Below the pieces are notes generated by a model. That model searched no databases, was not told the origin of the DNA, and saw only the letters and a program-made list of their open reading frames with translations. The position numbers and the translations under genes are program-made. Below, piece by piece: positions 36,803 through 45,007 of a stretch of 47,604 nt of DNA. This stretch comes from Verrucomicrobiota bacterium. GTDB taxonomy: Bacteria > Verrucomicrobiota > Kiritimatiellia > CAIQIC01 > Lenti-01. The DNA is taken from contig JAISGX010000034.1 of NCBI GenBank assembly GCA_031262805.1, positions 1 through 47,604 of the forward strand, in the 5' to 3' direction. How positions within the stretch are numbered: the stretch's first letter is position 1; each line of letters starts with the position of its first letter.

Positions 36803-37079
36803 TAAAAGAAAGTAACGTTTTGGGTTGAAATGTTTTAAGGACGGCTCTGGAGAGCCGCAAAATCTCGTTTCGCACGGTTGAGGCGTATTCACAAATCGCC
36901 ATGTTCTTTGCACCTCAAAGAATGCGGGGGGGGCGCACGCAAAGGATGGCGGTTGTTTTGGGCAAGGCGGAGCGAAAAAAGGGGACTCTGCACAAGGGGC
37001 ATACGGCTGTGTTTTTCTCCAAGCAAGTATTTGACGGACGGACGGGCTCGGGTGTAGGCTCGACGCGCAACTTTTTTGA

Positions 37080-37646
37080 ATGGATGTGGAAGAGAAGACG
37101 GGTAAAGCGTTTTATATGGCGGCATTTGCGACAACCTGGGTTTTTGCGTTCGCGGTCTATCTGCTGTTGACGGCGGGTAGCGGCGCGGTGCTGGGGTTGT
37201 GGGCCGGCGGCGAGCTGAAGCTGGGCATTCTGATTGCCTTTGTTGTGGCGGCGGCGTCTTCATCCATCTTCGGCAAAGAAGTCTCCGGACGGATGCTCAA
37301 CCCCCTGCGCTGGCTGCGGATGCTCGGCTATGTATGCGGGGGTTTTTTTATGGAGATGGCCAAGGCGAACTGGGATGTGGCCCAGCGCGTCCTGACGGGC
37401 CGGATTCGTCCAGGTATCGTCCGGGTGGAGACGGGCATGCGGACGGATACGGGGCTGGTGATGCTGGCGAATTCCATCACGTTGACGCCCGGAACGCTGA
37501 CGGTGGAGGTGGACCCCGTCGCTCGGGAGTTGTTTGTGCATATGCTTCAGGTGCCCGAGGGGATGGAGGCGCGCACGTCCATCGAAGCCCGGGAGTTGTT
37601 CGTCGGCTATGACTGCCCGGCGGCCATTCGGAGGATGGCGGAATGA
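37080..37646 (+). CDS. mbhA: Na+/H+ antiporter Mnh/Mrp subunit E-like protein (MbhA position of an Mbh-type hydrogenase operon)
   Basis: 188 aa with two N-terminal TM helices. The MnhE-type block is VMLANSITLTPGTLTVEVDPVARELFVHML. It is the first gene of the cluster. ATG 37116 is an alternative start. Confidence 0.8.
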   Translation: MDVEEKTGKAFYMAAFATTWVFAFAVYLLLTAGSGAVLGLWAGGELKLGILIAFVVAAASSSIFGKEVSGRMLNPLRWLRMLGYVCGGFFMEMAKANWDVAQRVLTGRIRPGIVRVETGMRTDTGLVMLANSITLTPGTLTVEVDPVARELFVHMLQVPEGMEARTSIEARELFVGYDCPAAIRRMAE

Positions 37647-37900
37647 CGGGGCTGTTCCTTTTTGCGGCGGCCTGGATGGGCGTGCTGATGCTGGCGGTGC
37701 TTTGGCGTCTCTTTCGCGGGCCCACGGTGCCGGACCGGGCGGTGGCGCTGGATGCGGTGAACACGTTGGTGGTGGCTTCCATGATTTTGTGCGCAGCCAT
37801 CCTGCGCGAAACGGTGTTTGTGGATGTGGCGATTGTGTATGCCCTGTTGGCGTATGTGGGCACGCTGTATATCGCCCGGGCCATGAGGGGAGGGCGCTGA
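37643..37900 (+). CDS. mbhB: Monovalent cation/H+ antiporter subunit F-like protein (MbhB position)
   Basis: 85 aa with three TM helices. RLFRGPTVPDRAVALDAVNTL is the MrpF/PhaF signature. ATGA overlap with the previous gene. Confidence 0.85.
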   Translation: MTGLFLFAAAWMGVLMLAVLWRLFRGPTVPDRAVALDAVNTLVVASMILCAAILRETVFVDVAIVYALLAYVGTLYIARAMRGGR

Positions 37901-37904
37901 GGCC

Positions 37905-38336
37905 ATGGGCGTGCTGTTGAATATCCTGATGGTCCCGGCCATTCTGGTGGGGTTGTTCTTCAATACCATGGGGGTGCTGGGCATTCTGCGGTTCCCGGAT
38001 TTCTATACCCGGTTGCATGCAGACACCAAGGCGACGACGTTTGGTTCGGTTTTCACCTCGCTGGCGGTGATCCTGTGGGCCTTCAAGGCCTGGTTGGCCA
38101 GCGGGCATGACGGCCAGTTTGTGAACCTCGCGGTGCATGCGGGGTTTGCCGTGGTGGTGCTGGCGGTGACGAATGCCACGGGCGCGCACGCCCTGGCTCG
38201 GTCGGCCTACCGCTCCGGCCTGAAGCCGAAACAGGCGGTGGTGGACCGCATGGACGGCGTGGGGGCATCCGCCGTGGCGGTGCCGGAGTCGCCGGAAGCG
38301 TTGCCTGCGGCGGCGATTCGGGAGGAGGCGTCATGA
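37905..38336 (+). CDS. mbhC: Monovalent cation/H+ antiporter subunit G-like protein (MbhC position)
   Basis: 143 aa with the MnhG/PhaG signature LGILRFPDFYTRLHADTKATTFG. The C-terminal tail is hydrophilic. Confidence 0.85.
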   Translation: MGVLLNILMVPAILVGLFFNTMGVLGILRFPDFYTRLHADTKATTFGSVFTSLAVILWAFKAWLASGHDGQFVNLAVHAGFAVVVLAVTNATGAHALARSAYRSGLKPKQAVVDRMDGVGASAVAVPESPEALPAAAIREEAS

Positions 38337-38623
38337 ATGCCGGTTGGGTGCTTCTGCATGGCGCGCTGTTGCTGGGCATGGTGCTGACGGCGGCGTCCAT
38401 TTTATGGATCCGCAATCTGGTGGCGGGCGCCATTGCGCTGGCGGTGTTCAGTTTGATGATGGCGCTGGAGTTTTATCTGCTACAGGCCCCGGACGTGGCG
38501 ATTGCGGAGGCGGGGATTGGCGCGGGGTTGACGACAGCCATTTTTATTGTGGCGATCATGGCGACGCGTAGCGGGAAAACCCCAAACCCGGGCGCGCCCG
38601 AAGACGAGGGCACGCCGGAATGA
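38333..38623 (+). CDS. mbhD: MbhD-like membrane subunit (DUF4040 / MnhB N-terminal-like)
   Basis: 96 aa with three TM helices. NLVAGAIALAVFSLMMALEFYLLQAPDVAIAEAGIGAGL matches the DUF4040 pattern. ATGA overlap on both sides. Confidence 0.75.
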   Translation: MNAGWVLLHGALLLGMVLTAASILWIRNLVAGAIALAVFSLMMALEFYLLQAPDVAIAEAGIGAGLTTAIFIVAIMATRSGKTPNPGAPEDEGTPE

Positions 38624-38907
38624 AGACCCTGCTGAATATTTTTGCGTTGTCCGTGCTGGGTGCGGCGATGCTGGGCGTGGCTTTCCGCCTCCCGTACGGA
38701 GAGCCGGAACAGACGCATATGGATGACTATTTTCTCCTGAATGCCCAGCGGGATACGGGAGCGAACAATGTCGTGACGTCCATCGTGTTCGATTATCGCG
38801 GCTTCGATACGCTTGGGGAGGCGACGGTCCTGTTTGTTGCGGTGGTGGGCATCAGCCTGATCCTGCGCCGCACTCATGAAGGGGAGGAGGCCGCCGATGA
38901 GGAGTAG
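38620..38907 (+). CDS. mbhE: MbhE-like small membrane subunit (MnhB-related)
   Basis: 95 aa with NNVVTSIVFDYRGFDTLGEATVLFVAVVGI, typical of the MnhB-related hydrogenase subunit. Confidence 0.75.
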   Translation: MKTLLNIFALSVLGAAMLGVAFRLPYGEPEQTHMDDYFLLNAQRDTGANNVVTSIVFDYRGFDTLGEATVLFVAVVGISLILRRTHEGEEAADEE

Positions 38908-39364
38908 AATCGTCGGTTACATCGCCTCGGTGTTTTATCCGTTCTGCTTGGTGTTCGGCCTGTATGTGGTCACCCACGGCCATTTGACGCCGGGTGGGGG
39001 CTTCCAGGGCGGCGCCGTGATGGCGACGGCCGTGGCGTTGATGATTGTCTCGGGCATGTTCACGGTGGCCGTCCGTGAAAAGAAGGTGGTTCGCTACAAA
39101 TGGTGCGAAGCGCTCGGTCTGCTGTTGTTCGTGGCTCTGGCGTTCGGCGGCATGCTCCAGGGCGGCTCCTTTTTCCACAACTGGCTGGCGAATGCCGGCG
39201 GATGCTTCGGCGAGGCGGTGGCGGCGGGTCCCAACGGCGGGGCCCTGAATACGGGCGGAACGATTCCGTTGATGAACCTAGCCGTTGGAGTGGAGGTTTT
39301 CGGCGGCATTTCCATCATCTTGGTCACCATGGTCCGGGCCATGAAGGAGAACCGGGATGGCTGA
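38897..39364 (+). CDS. mbhF: Na+/H+ antiporter MnhB-like subunit (MbhF position)
   Basis: GHLTPGGGFQGGAVMATAVAL is the MnhB domain motif. The start was chosen at ATG 38897 downstream of GGGGAGGAGG; the ORF is open from 38876. Confidence 0.8.
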   Translation: MRSRIVGYIASVFYPFCLVFGLYVVTHGHLTPGGGFQGGAVMATAVALMIVSGMFTVAVREKKVVRYKWCEALGLLLFVALAFGGMLQGGSFFHNWLANAGGCFGEAVAAGPNGGALNTGGTIPLMNLAVGVEVFGGISIILVTMVRAMKENRDG

Positions 39365-39713
39365 TCTGTTTGCCCATATGCCGCTGGTGGTGGCCGGCCT
39401 GCTGTTGATGATTGGTCTGGCGATTGCCCTGTGGAAGCGCAACCTCATCCAGATGTTGATGGGGCTGACGGTGGTGGAGGCGGCCGTCAATTTGTTCTTG
39501 GTGGCTTCCGGCTACCGCCATGATGCCATTGCCCCGATTTATACGAATGCGGCCGAGGGCGCGCGCATGGTGTTGCCGACGGTTCAGGCGCTGACGCTGA
39601 CGGCAATTGTGATCGGCCTGGCGACCACGGCGCTGATGTTGTCCTTCGTCATCCTGATCTACCGGTATTACAAGACGCTGGATGTGAACGAGGTGAGGAA
39701 GTTGCGCGAATGA
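39357..39713 (+). CDS. mbhG: MnhC / NuoK-like membrane subunit (MbhG position)
   Basis: 118 aa with three TM helices. LIQMLMGLTVVEAAVNLFLV has the conserved TM glutamate, as in NuoK/MrpC. It overlaps the previous gene by 8 nt. Confidence 0.8.
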   Translation: MADLFAHMPLVVAGLLLMIGLAIALWKRNLIQMLMGLTVVEAAVNLFLVASGYRHDAIAPIYTNAAEGARMVLPTVQALTLTAIVIGLATTALMLSFVILIYRYYKTLDVNEVRKLRE

Positions 39714-41290
39714 ATACGGTGCTCCTGCATTCCCCGGCGCTGATCGTTGGCCTGCCCATTTTCGCCGCCATCCTCTTGATGGTGGTCTCCCGCTTTGGCG
39801 AAAAGGTCCGCGCCGTGGTGTTTTTTGCCGGCATTGCGCTGGCCTCCTTGGCGGCGATTTCCCTAGCGGAGCAGGTGTTGTCGCTTGGGGCGGTGCGGTA
39901 TGTCTTCGGCGCGCCCTCGCCCGCCGCGCCGCTGGTGCCGCCGGACAGCGGCGGCATTCCCGTGCGCATCCTTTTCCATGTGGATGCCGCGGGCGCGCTG
40001 ATGCTACTGGTGGCGGCTCTGACGTCGGTGGCGGCGGCGCTGTATGCCTTGCGCAGTGAGGAGCGTGCGAGCGGCAGGGAATACTTCTATCCGTTGTTCC
40101 TGTTGCTTGTGGGGGGCGTATACGGGATGGTGGCGACGGGCGACCTGTTCAATTTCTTTGTCTTTCTGGAAATCACCTCGCTGGCGGGGGCGGCGTTGAC
40201 CGCCTACCGCATCGACCACGGCCTTGCGGCGGAAGCCGGGTTGAAATATGCGGTGGTCAGCACGTTGGGCGGATTGTCCTTCCTGCTGGGCGTGGGCATT
40301 CTGCTGGCCCGGCACAACCTCCTGAACATGGCGGCCCTCGGCGCCCGCATTGACCTCGCGGGCTTCGGCGTGCCGGAGGCAGTGGCCATGGCGCTGATGA
40401 TTGTTCCGCTGGCCATGAAGTGCGGCGCGGTGCCGATGCACCAGTGGACGCCGGACACCTATTCGCGCGCCCCGGCCCCCGTGTCGGCCTTTCTGCTGGT
40501 CTCCAGCCAGGCCAGTCTGTATGGACTCTTCCGGATCGGCTTCAGCTTGTTCGGCCTTTCCATGGATGTCTCCACGGTGGGCTTGTTCGTGGTGATTCTG
40601 GCGGTGCTCTCCATGTTCATCGGCGTGACCATGGCGATTCCGCAGCATGATGTGAAACGGCTGATTTCCCACCACGCCGTCTCCCAAACCGGCTATATGC
40701 TCCTCGGGGCGGGGGTGTGCCTGGCCGTGCTGGGCGATCCGGAAAAGGTGCGGGTGTTCGGGCGCGATGCGCTGGCGGGCAGCCTGTTCCATATGATGAA
40801 CTATGCCGTTTACAACGGCCTGCTCTTCCTCGCCGCCGGTGCCGTCATCTACCGGACCGGCACGCGGAACCTCGACCGAATGGGTGGCCTGGGGCGCACC
40901 ATGCCTCTGACGATGGCCTGTTTCGGGGTCGGTGCGCTGGCCATCGCTGGTATTCCGCCGATGAGCGGTTTTGCCTCGAAATGGGTGCTGTATGAATCCG
41001 TCTTTCGCTATTCGCCGCTGCTGAGCATGGTGGCCATGGTGGTTAGCCTCTTGACGCTGGCCAGCTTTGTGAAGGTGTTCCAAGCGATGTTCCTGGGCCC
41101 GCAACGTGCGGCCTATGCCGCCGTCCGGGACGTGCCGGCGGCCATGTGGGGCGCAATGGCCGTGCTGGCCGTCCTGACGGTGTTGCTTGGCCTCTTCCCC
41201 GATGTGGTGATGCAACGCCTGTTGCTGCCGGCGGCGGATGCGCTGATCAACCAAACGGCGTATACCATGCCGCTGGGAGGCGCCCAATGA
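39710..41290 (+). CDS. mbhH: NuoL/NuoM/MnhD-like antiporter-type membrane subunit (MbhH position)
   Basis: 526 aa with about 14 TM helices and Proton_antipo_M-type blocks (LEITSLAGAALTAY, PMHQWTPDTYSRAPAPVSAFL, HHAVSQTGYMLLG). ATGA overlaps on both sides. Confidence 0.88.
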   Translation: MNTVLLHSPALIVGLPIFAAILLMVVSRFGEKVRAVVFFAGIALASLAAISLAEQVLSLGAVRYVFGAPSPAAPLVPPDSGGIPVRILFHVDAAGALMLLVAALTSVAAALYALRSEERASGREYFYPLFLLLVGGVYGMVATGDLFNFFVFLEITSLAGAALTAYRIDHGLAAEAGLKYAVVSTLGGLSFLLGVGILLARHNLLNMAALGARIDLAGFGVPEAVAMALMIVPLAMKCGAVPMHQWTPDTYSRAPAPVSAFLLVSSQASLYGLFRIGFSLFGLSMDVSTVGLFVVILAVLSMFIGVTMAIPQHDVKRLISHHAVSQTGYMLLGAGVCLAVLGDPEKVRVFGRDALAGSLFHMMNYAVYNGLLFLAAGAVIYRTGTRNLDRMGGLGRTMPLTMACFGVGALAIAGIPPMSGFASKWVLYESVFRYSPLLSMVAMVVSLLTLASFVKVFQAMFLGPQRAAYAAVRDVPAAMWGAMAVLAVLTVLLGLFPDVVMQRLLLPAADALINQTAYTMPLGGAQ

Positions 41291-41643
41291 AGGCTCCCTT
41301 TGTGATGATGGCCATGCTGGAGACCACCCATGGGGGCTGGAGCCCTCTGGTTTGGCTGGTGGTGTTTGCTGCCGCCTGCGGAGTGGCCCTGTGGATTCGC
41401 GCCATCGGGCGCGGGGATTCTCGCACGGGCGGGGCTTCGCAAAAGCCATTCCTTTCCGGCAATGACTTGGCCGATCCCGAGGATGCGCGGGTGGCGGCCT
41501 CCAATATGTATTGGGGCTTCACCCATGCCCTGCGTGTGTATTACCGGCGAGTGATGGCGTTCCACTCCGGGAGTTTGGCCGATTCCATCCTGTGGTTTCT
41601 GGTGGTTCTGGCCATGCTGTTGCTGGCGGGGAGGGTGGCATGA
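41287..41643 (+). CDS. mbhI: Small membrane protein in the MbhI position
   Basis: 118 aa with TM helices at both ends. It is assigned only by position between the antiporter-like and NuoB-like genes and by ATGA coupling on both sides. Confidence 0.55.
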   Translation: MKAPFVMMAMLETTHGGWSPLVWLVVFAAACGVALWIRAIGRGDSRTGGASQKPFLSGNDLADPEDARVAASNMYWGFTHALRVYYRRVMAFHSGSLADSILWFLVVLAMLLLAGRVA

Positions 41644-42071
41644 GATTGAAGGCAAACAAAGCCCTCGGACGTTCGCTCTGGGTATATTTGTGCAACACCG
41701 GCTCCTGCAATGGCTGCGATATCGAGTGCGTGGCGTTGGGGACTTCCCGCTACGATGTGGAACGCCTTGGCGTCAAGATTGTCGGCTCCCCGCGGCATGC
41801 GGATGTGCTGATCGTCACGGGGCCCGTCACCCGCAAAATGGAGCCCCGCCTCCGGATGATCTACGAGCAGATGCCGGACCCCCGCTTCGTCATTGTTGCC
41901 GGAGTGTGCGGCATGAGCGGCGGCATGTTTTACGATTCCTATGCGCTGGCGGGTCCCATCGACCAGATCATCCCGGTGGATGTCTATGTGCCGGGATGCC
42001 CGACACGTCCCGAAGCCGTCATCCACGGCCTTTCCCTGCTGCTGGAGAAATTGGAGAAGATGGAGTCATGA
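41640..42071 (+). CDS. mbhJ: NuoB-like [NiFe]-hydrogenase small subunit (NADH-quinone oxidoreductase subunit B family; MbhJ)
   Basis: 143 aa with four Cys in the expected contexts for the proximal [4Fe-4S] cluster (GSCNGCDIE, AGVCGMSGG, VPGCPTRPE). Confidence 0.9.
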   Translation: MRLKANKALGRSLWVYLCNTGSCNGCDIECVALGTSRYDVERLGVKIVGSPRHADVLIVTGPVTRKMEPRLRMIYEQMPDPRFVIVAGVCGMSGGMFYDSYALAGPIDQIIPVDVYVPGCPTRPEAVIHGLSLLLEKLEKMES

Positions 42072-42754
42072 GCGAAAACAGGCGGCATTGGAAGAATGAT
42101 CCGCGCATTTCCGCGCCGGAGCAGCGCAAAACACCGGCGGAAGTGCTGGAGCTGTTGACGGCCTCGGCGGGGGAGGCCTTTCTGGAAGGCCGCGTGGCGG
42201 AATGGGTGGAAGGGGCCTCCACGTCGGCGGACCCCTACCGCCAGGTTTGGCTGAAGATCCACCGCGACGCGTTGCATGCCGTGGTGAAGCGTCTCTTCGG
42301 CATCCAGTTCCCTCATTTTGTCGTGATTGCCGCGGAGGACCGTGGCGAGACGATTGAGTTGCCGTACATTTTCCGCCTGTACCACGGCGCCTGGCATGAG
42401 GAAATCCTGGTGGTCATTACCGCCGTGGTGCCCAAAAGCGATCCGGTGGTGGACACCTTGAGCGATCTGATTGCCGGCATTGTGCTCAGCGAGCGGGAAA
42501 AGCAGGAAATGATCGGCGTGGTGGTCAGAAACATCCCCGACGGTCGTCGCATGTTCTTGCCCGAGGATTTTCCGCAAGGCGTCTATCCCTGGCGGCGGGA
42601 TGAAACCGGCGTTGCGGACACCATGGTCCGCCATCTGTGGGCCACGGGCCGCGAGGCCTTCAACGCCAGGGAAGCGGAAAAGGCCGCTGCAGCCGCGGAG
42701 ATGGCGTCCGCCGCCGCGCCGCCTGCATCTGCGGAAGAAGGGGGAAACCCATGA
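42068..42754 (+). CDS. mbhK: NuoC-like hydrogenase subunit (MbhK)
   Basis: 228 aa. The central region (FPHFVVIAAEDRGETIELPYIFRLY...) has the Complex1_30kDa pattern. The C-terminal tail is Ala-rich. ATGA overlaps on both sides. Confidence 0.8.
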   Translation: MSENRRHWKNDPRISAPEQRKTPAEVLELLTASAGEAFLEGRVAEWVEGASTSADPYRQVWLKIHRDALHAVVKRLFGIQFPHFVVIAAEDRGETIELPYIFRLYHGAWHEEILVVITAVVPKSDPVVDTLSDLIAGIVLSEREKQEMIGVVVRNIPDGRRMFLPEDFPQGVYPWRRDETGVADTMVRHLWATGREAFNAREAEKAAAAAEMASAAAPPASAEEGGNP

Positions 42755-43992
42755 GCCGGAGCATCACACCCTACCAAACGTCCATCGGGCCCACGCATCC
42801 AGCCTTCAAGGAGCCCATCCAGCTGGTGTTCGATCTGTGCGGCGAAACCATCCTGAAGGCCAATTTCGCTCCTGGCCAGGCCCATCGCGGCGTGGAATGG
42901 ATGGGCACCCGGCGCAATCCCGTACAGGTGCTGTATCTCGCGGAGCGCTTGTGCGGCATTTGCGGCATCACTCATTCCTTGGCCTTTGCCCGTGCCGTGG
43001 AGCAAATCGCCGGCATTCAGGTGCCGCCGCGAGCGCATTACATCCGCTCCATCGCCTGCGAGCTGGAGCGAATCCATTCCCACTTGCTGTGGGCGGGGGT
43101 GGCCGCGCATGAATTGGGCTTCGATTCGTTGTTTTATCTGACGTGGCGCGCCCGCGAGCGCGTGATGGATTTGATGGAGGCCTTCACCGGCAACCGCGTG
43201 CACTATGCCTTGATTCAGATCGGCGGTGTCCGGCGCGATCTCTCGGAGGACATGATCCTCAAGATCAAGGAAACGCTGGATTACTATGCCGGCGTATACG
43301 ACGAGTTGCGCACGTGCCTGCTGGAGGATTCCAGCGTCCGGCTACGTTGCCGGGATGTCGGCATTCTGACCGCCACGGAAGCGTTGGAACTGTGCGCCGT
43401 CGGCCCGACGGCCCGGGCGTCCGGCGTGCCCAGCGACATCCGCCGCGACCACCCGTATGCCGCCTATGCCGATGTGGAAGTGACTTCCGTGTTGCCGAAT
43501 CAATACACCGGTGAAATCCGTGGCGATGTGTATGACCGCATTGTCGTGCGCGTGCTGGAGCTTCAACAGTCCGTGAAGCTCATCCGGGGCTTTCTCGATC
43601 AGCTTCCTGAAGGCGACTTGTTGGCCATTCCGAAAATTATGGTGCTGCTGGCCAAATTGAAGAAGGCCGAAGGCGAGGCCGTGGGGCTCCACGAAGCGCC
43701 GCGTGGCGAAGTGGCGCATTATGTGCGCATGGGCGGAGCCGAAACCATTGCCGCGTGGAAGGTGAAGGCGTCGTCCTACAGCAACTATATGTCTTGGGTG
43801 CCCATGCTGGTGGGCGAGCAGGTGGCGGACATCCCCATCATTGCCGCATCGATCGATCCCTGCATTTCCTGCACCGACCGCGTGATGCTCACCGGCGGTG
43901 GCCGCAACGAGGTTTGGACGAAGGAAGACCTCACCCGGCTTTCCGTCGCCAAAACCCGCCGCATCCAGGCGAAGCTGAAAGCGGAGGGATGA
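42751..43992 (+). CDS. mbhL: NuoD-like [NiFe]-hydrogenase large (catalytic) subunit, group 4 (MbhL)
   Basis: 413 aa. The N-terminal Ni-Fe ligand motif is RLCGICGITH, matching RxCGxCxxxH. The C-terminal motif is DPCISCTDR, matching DPCxxCxxR. A 36-aa extension follows it. Confidence 0.92.
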   Translation: MSRSITPYQTSIGPTHPAFKEPIQLVFDLCGETILKANFAPGQAHRGVEWMGTRRNPVQVLYLAERLCGICGITHSLAFARAVEQIAGIQVPPRAHYIRSIACELERIHSHLLWAGVAAHELGFDSLFYLTWRARERVMDLMEAFTGNRVHYALIQIGGVRRDLSEDMILKIKETLDYYAGVYDELRTCLLEDSSVRLRCRDVGILTATEALELCAVGPTARASGVPSDIRRDHPYAAYADVEVTSVLPNQYTGEIRGDVYDRIVVRVLELQQSVKLIRGFLDQLPEGDLLAIPKIMVLLAKLKKAEGEAVGLHEAPRGEVAHYVRMGGAETIAAWKVKASSYSNYMSWVPMLVGEQVADIPIIAASIDPCISCTDRVMLTGGGRNEVWTKEDLTRLSVAKTRRIQAKLKAEG

Positions 43993-43995
43993 GCC

Positions 43996-44988
43996 GTGGC
44001 GGACGTCTTCTATTCCATCCTGTGCGTGTTCGGTCTGGCTTTTTACGGCATCTTTCTCGGCTTGGTGTTTTCCGGTGTGGACCGAATGGTGGTGGCACGG
44101 ATGCAGTCCCGCATCGGGCCACCGCTGTTTCAACCGTTTTTTGATGTGCTGAAGCTCTTGAACAAGCAGGACATGCTCCCGGCCAACGCCGTGCCGGGAA
44201 TCTTCCGCATGGCGCCCGTGGTCGCGCTGGCCGCCGCCGTCACCTTGTTGTTTTATCTTCCCTTGGGCGGCATCGGTGCGCCGGTGCTGGAAGGCCGTGG
44301 GGATGCCATTCTGGCGTTGTATCTGTTGTTGATCCCGGGCCTAGCCATGGTGATCGGCGGCTTTGCTGGCGGCAGCCCCTATGCGGCCATCGGGGCCCAG
44401 CGGGAAATGGTCACCATGATTTCCTATGAGCTTCCCCTGGCCACCGTCATCTTGACTTTTGCCTGGAAGTTGGCTTCGCTGGGGGTGGCGCAGCCGTTCT
44501 CCCTCGGGGTGATGGCTGCCCAGCCCATTTGGGGGTATGTCGGCCTGCTGGGGAGCCTCGGCGTGGTGATTTTGTTTTTTGTCATGTTGCTGGTCACGCC
44601 CGGCGAATTGGGGCGCATCCCGTTCGACTCCCCGGAGGCCGAAACAGAGCTGGCCGGCGGCATCTTGGTGGAATACTCTGGCCGTAGCCTAGCGTTGTTC
44701 CAGCTCGCCATGGCGGTCAAGACGGTTGCCATGGGCGCTCTGATGGTCACCTTGTTCCTGCCGTGGAATGTGAGCGGCTGGATCGCTCTGCCCGCCCCGG
44801 TGGGAGCCGTGGCGGACTTTCTGTTTTTCCTGGTGAAGGTCGGTTTCCTCCTGTTCTTTTCCGTGAGTGTGCTTCGTGCGGCGATGGCGCGCCTGCGCAT
44901 CAGCGATGTGGTGACGGGCTATTGGAAATGGATCGGCTCGGCGGCCGTGGTCGGCCTGCTGTTGATCCTGCTGGATGCCAAAGGATGA
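43996..44988 (+). CDS. mbhM: NuoH / HycD-like membrane subunit (MbhM)
   Basis: 330 aa with a GTG start 4 nt after the mbhL stop. MQSRIGPPLFQPFFDVLKLLNKQD is the NuoH-type signature. About 8 TM helices. Confidence 0.88.
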   Translation: MADVFYSILCVFGLAFYGIFLGLVFSGVDRMVVARMQSRIGPPLFQPFFDVLKLLNKQDMLPANAVPGIFRMAPVVALAAAVTLLFYLPLGGIGAPVLEGRGDAILALYLLLIPGLAMVIGGFAGGSPYAAIGAQREMVTMISYELPLATVILTFAWKLASLGVAQPFSLGVMAAQPIWGYVGLLGSLGVVILFFVMLLVTPGELGRIPFDSPEAETELAGGILVEYSGRSLALFQLAMAVKTVAMGALMVTLFLPWNVSGWIALPAPVGAVADFLFFLVKVGFLLFFSVSVLRAAMARLRISDVVTGYWKWIGSAAVVGLLLILLDAKG

Positions 44989-45007
44989 ACCGGAAAAGGA
45001 GCCCGAC

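Noticed and set aside
36889-37263. Small ORFs in the hydrogenase upstream region: 36901-37170 (+, 89 aa) and 36889-37263 (-, 124 aa).
   Set aside because: They are Arg/Pro-rich with no motif, no RBS and mutual overlap. They partly overlap the mnhE-like gene. The region is more likely promoter and 5' UTR.
40004-41449. 481-aa ORF on the minus strand. This also covers 37260-38189 (309 aa) and 43342-44133 (263 aa).
   Set aside because: They are antisense to hydrogenase operon genes that show clear family motifs and ATGA coupling. They are His/Arg/Gly-rich shadow frames.
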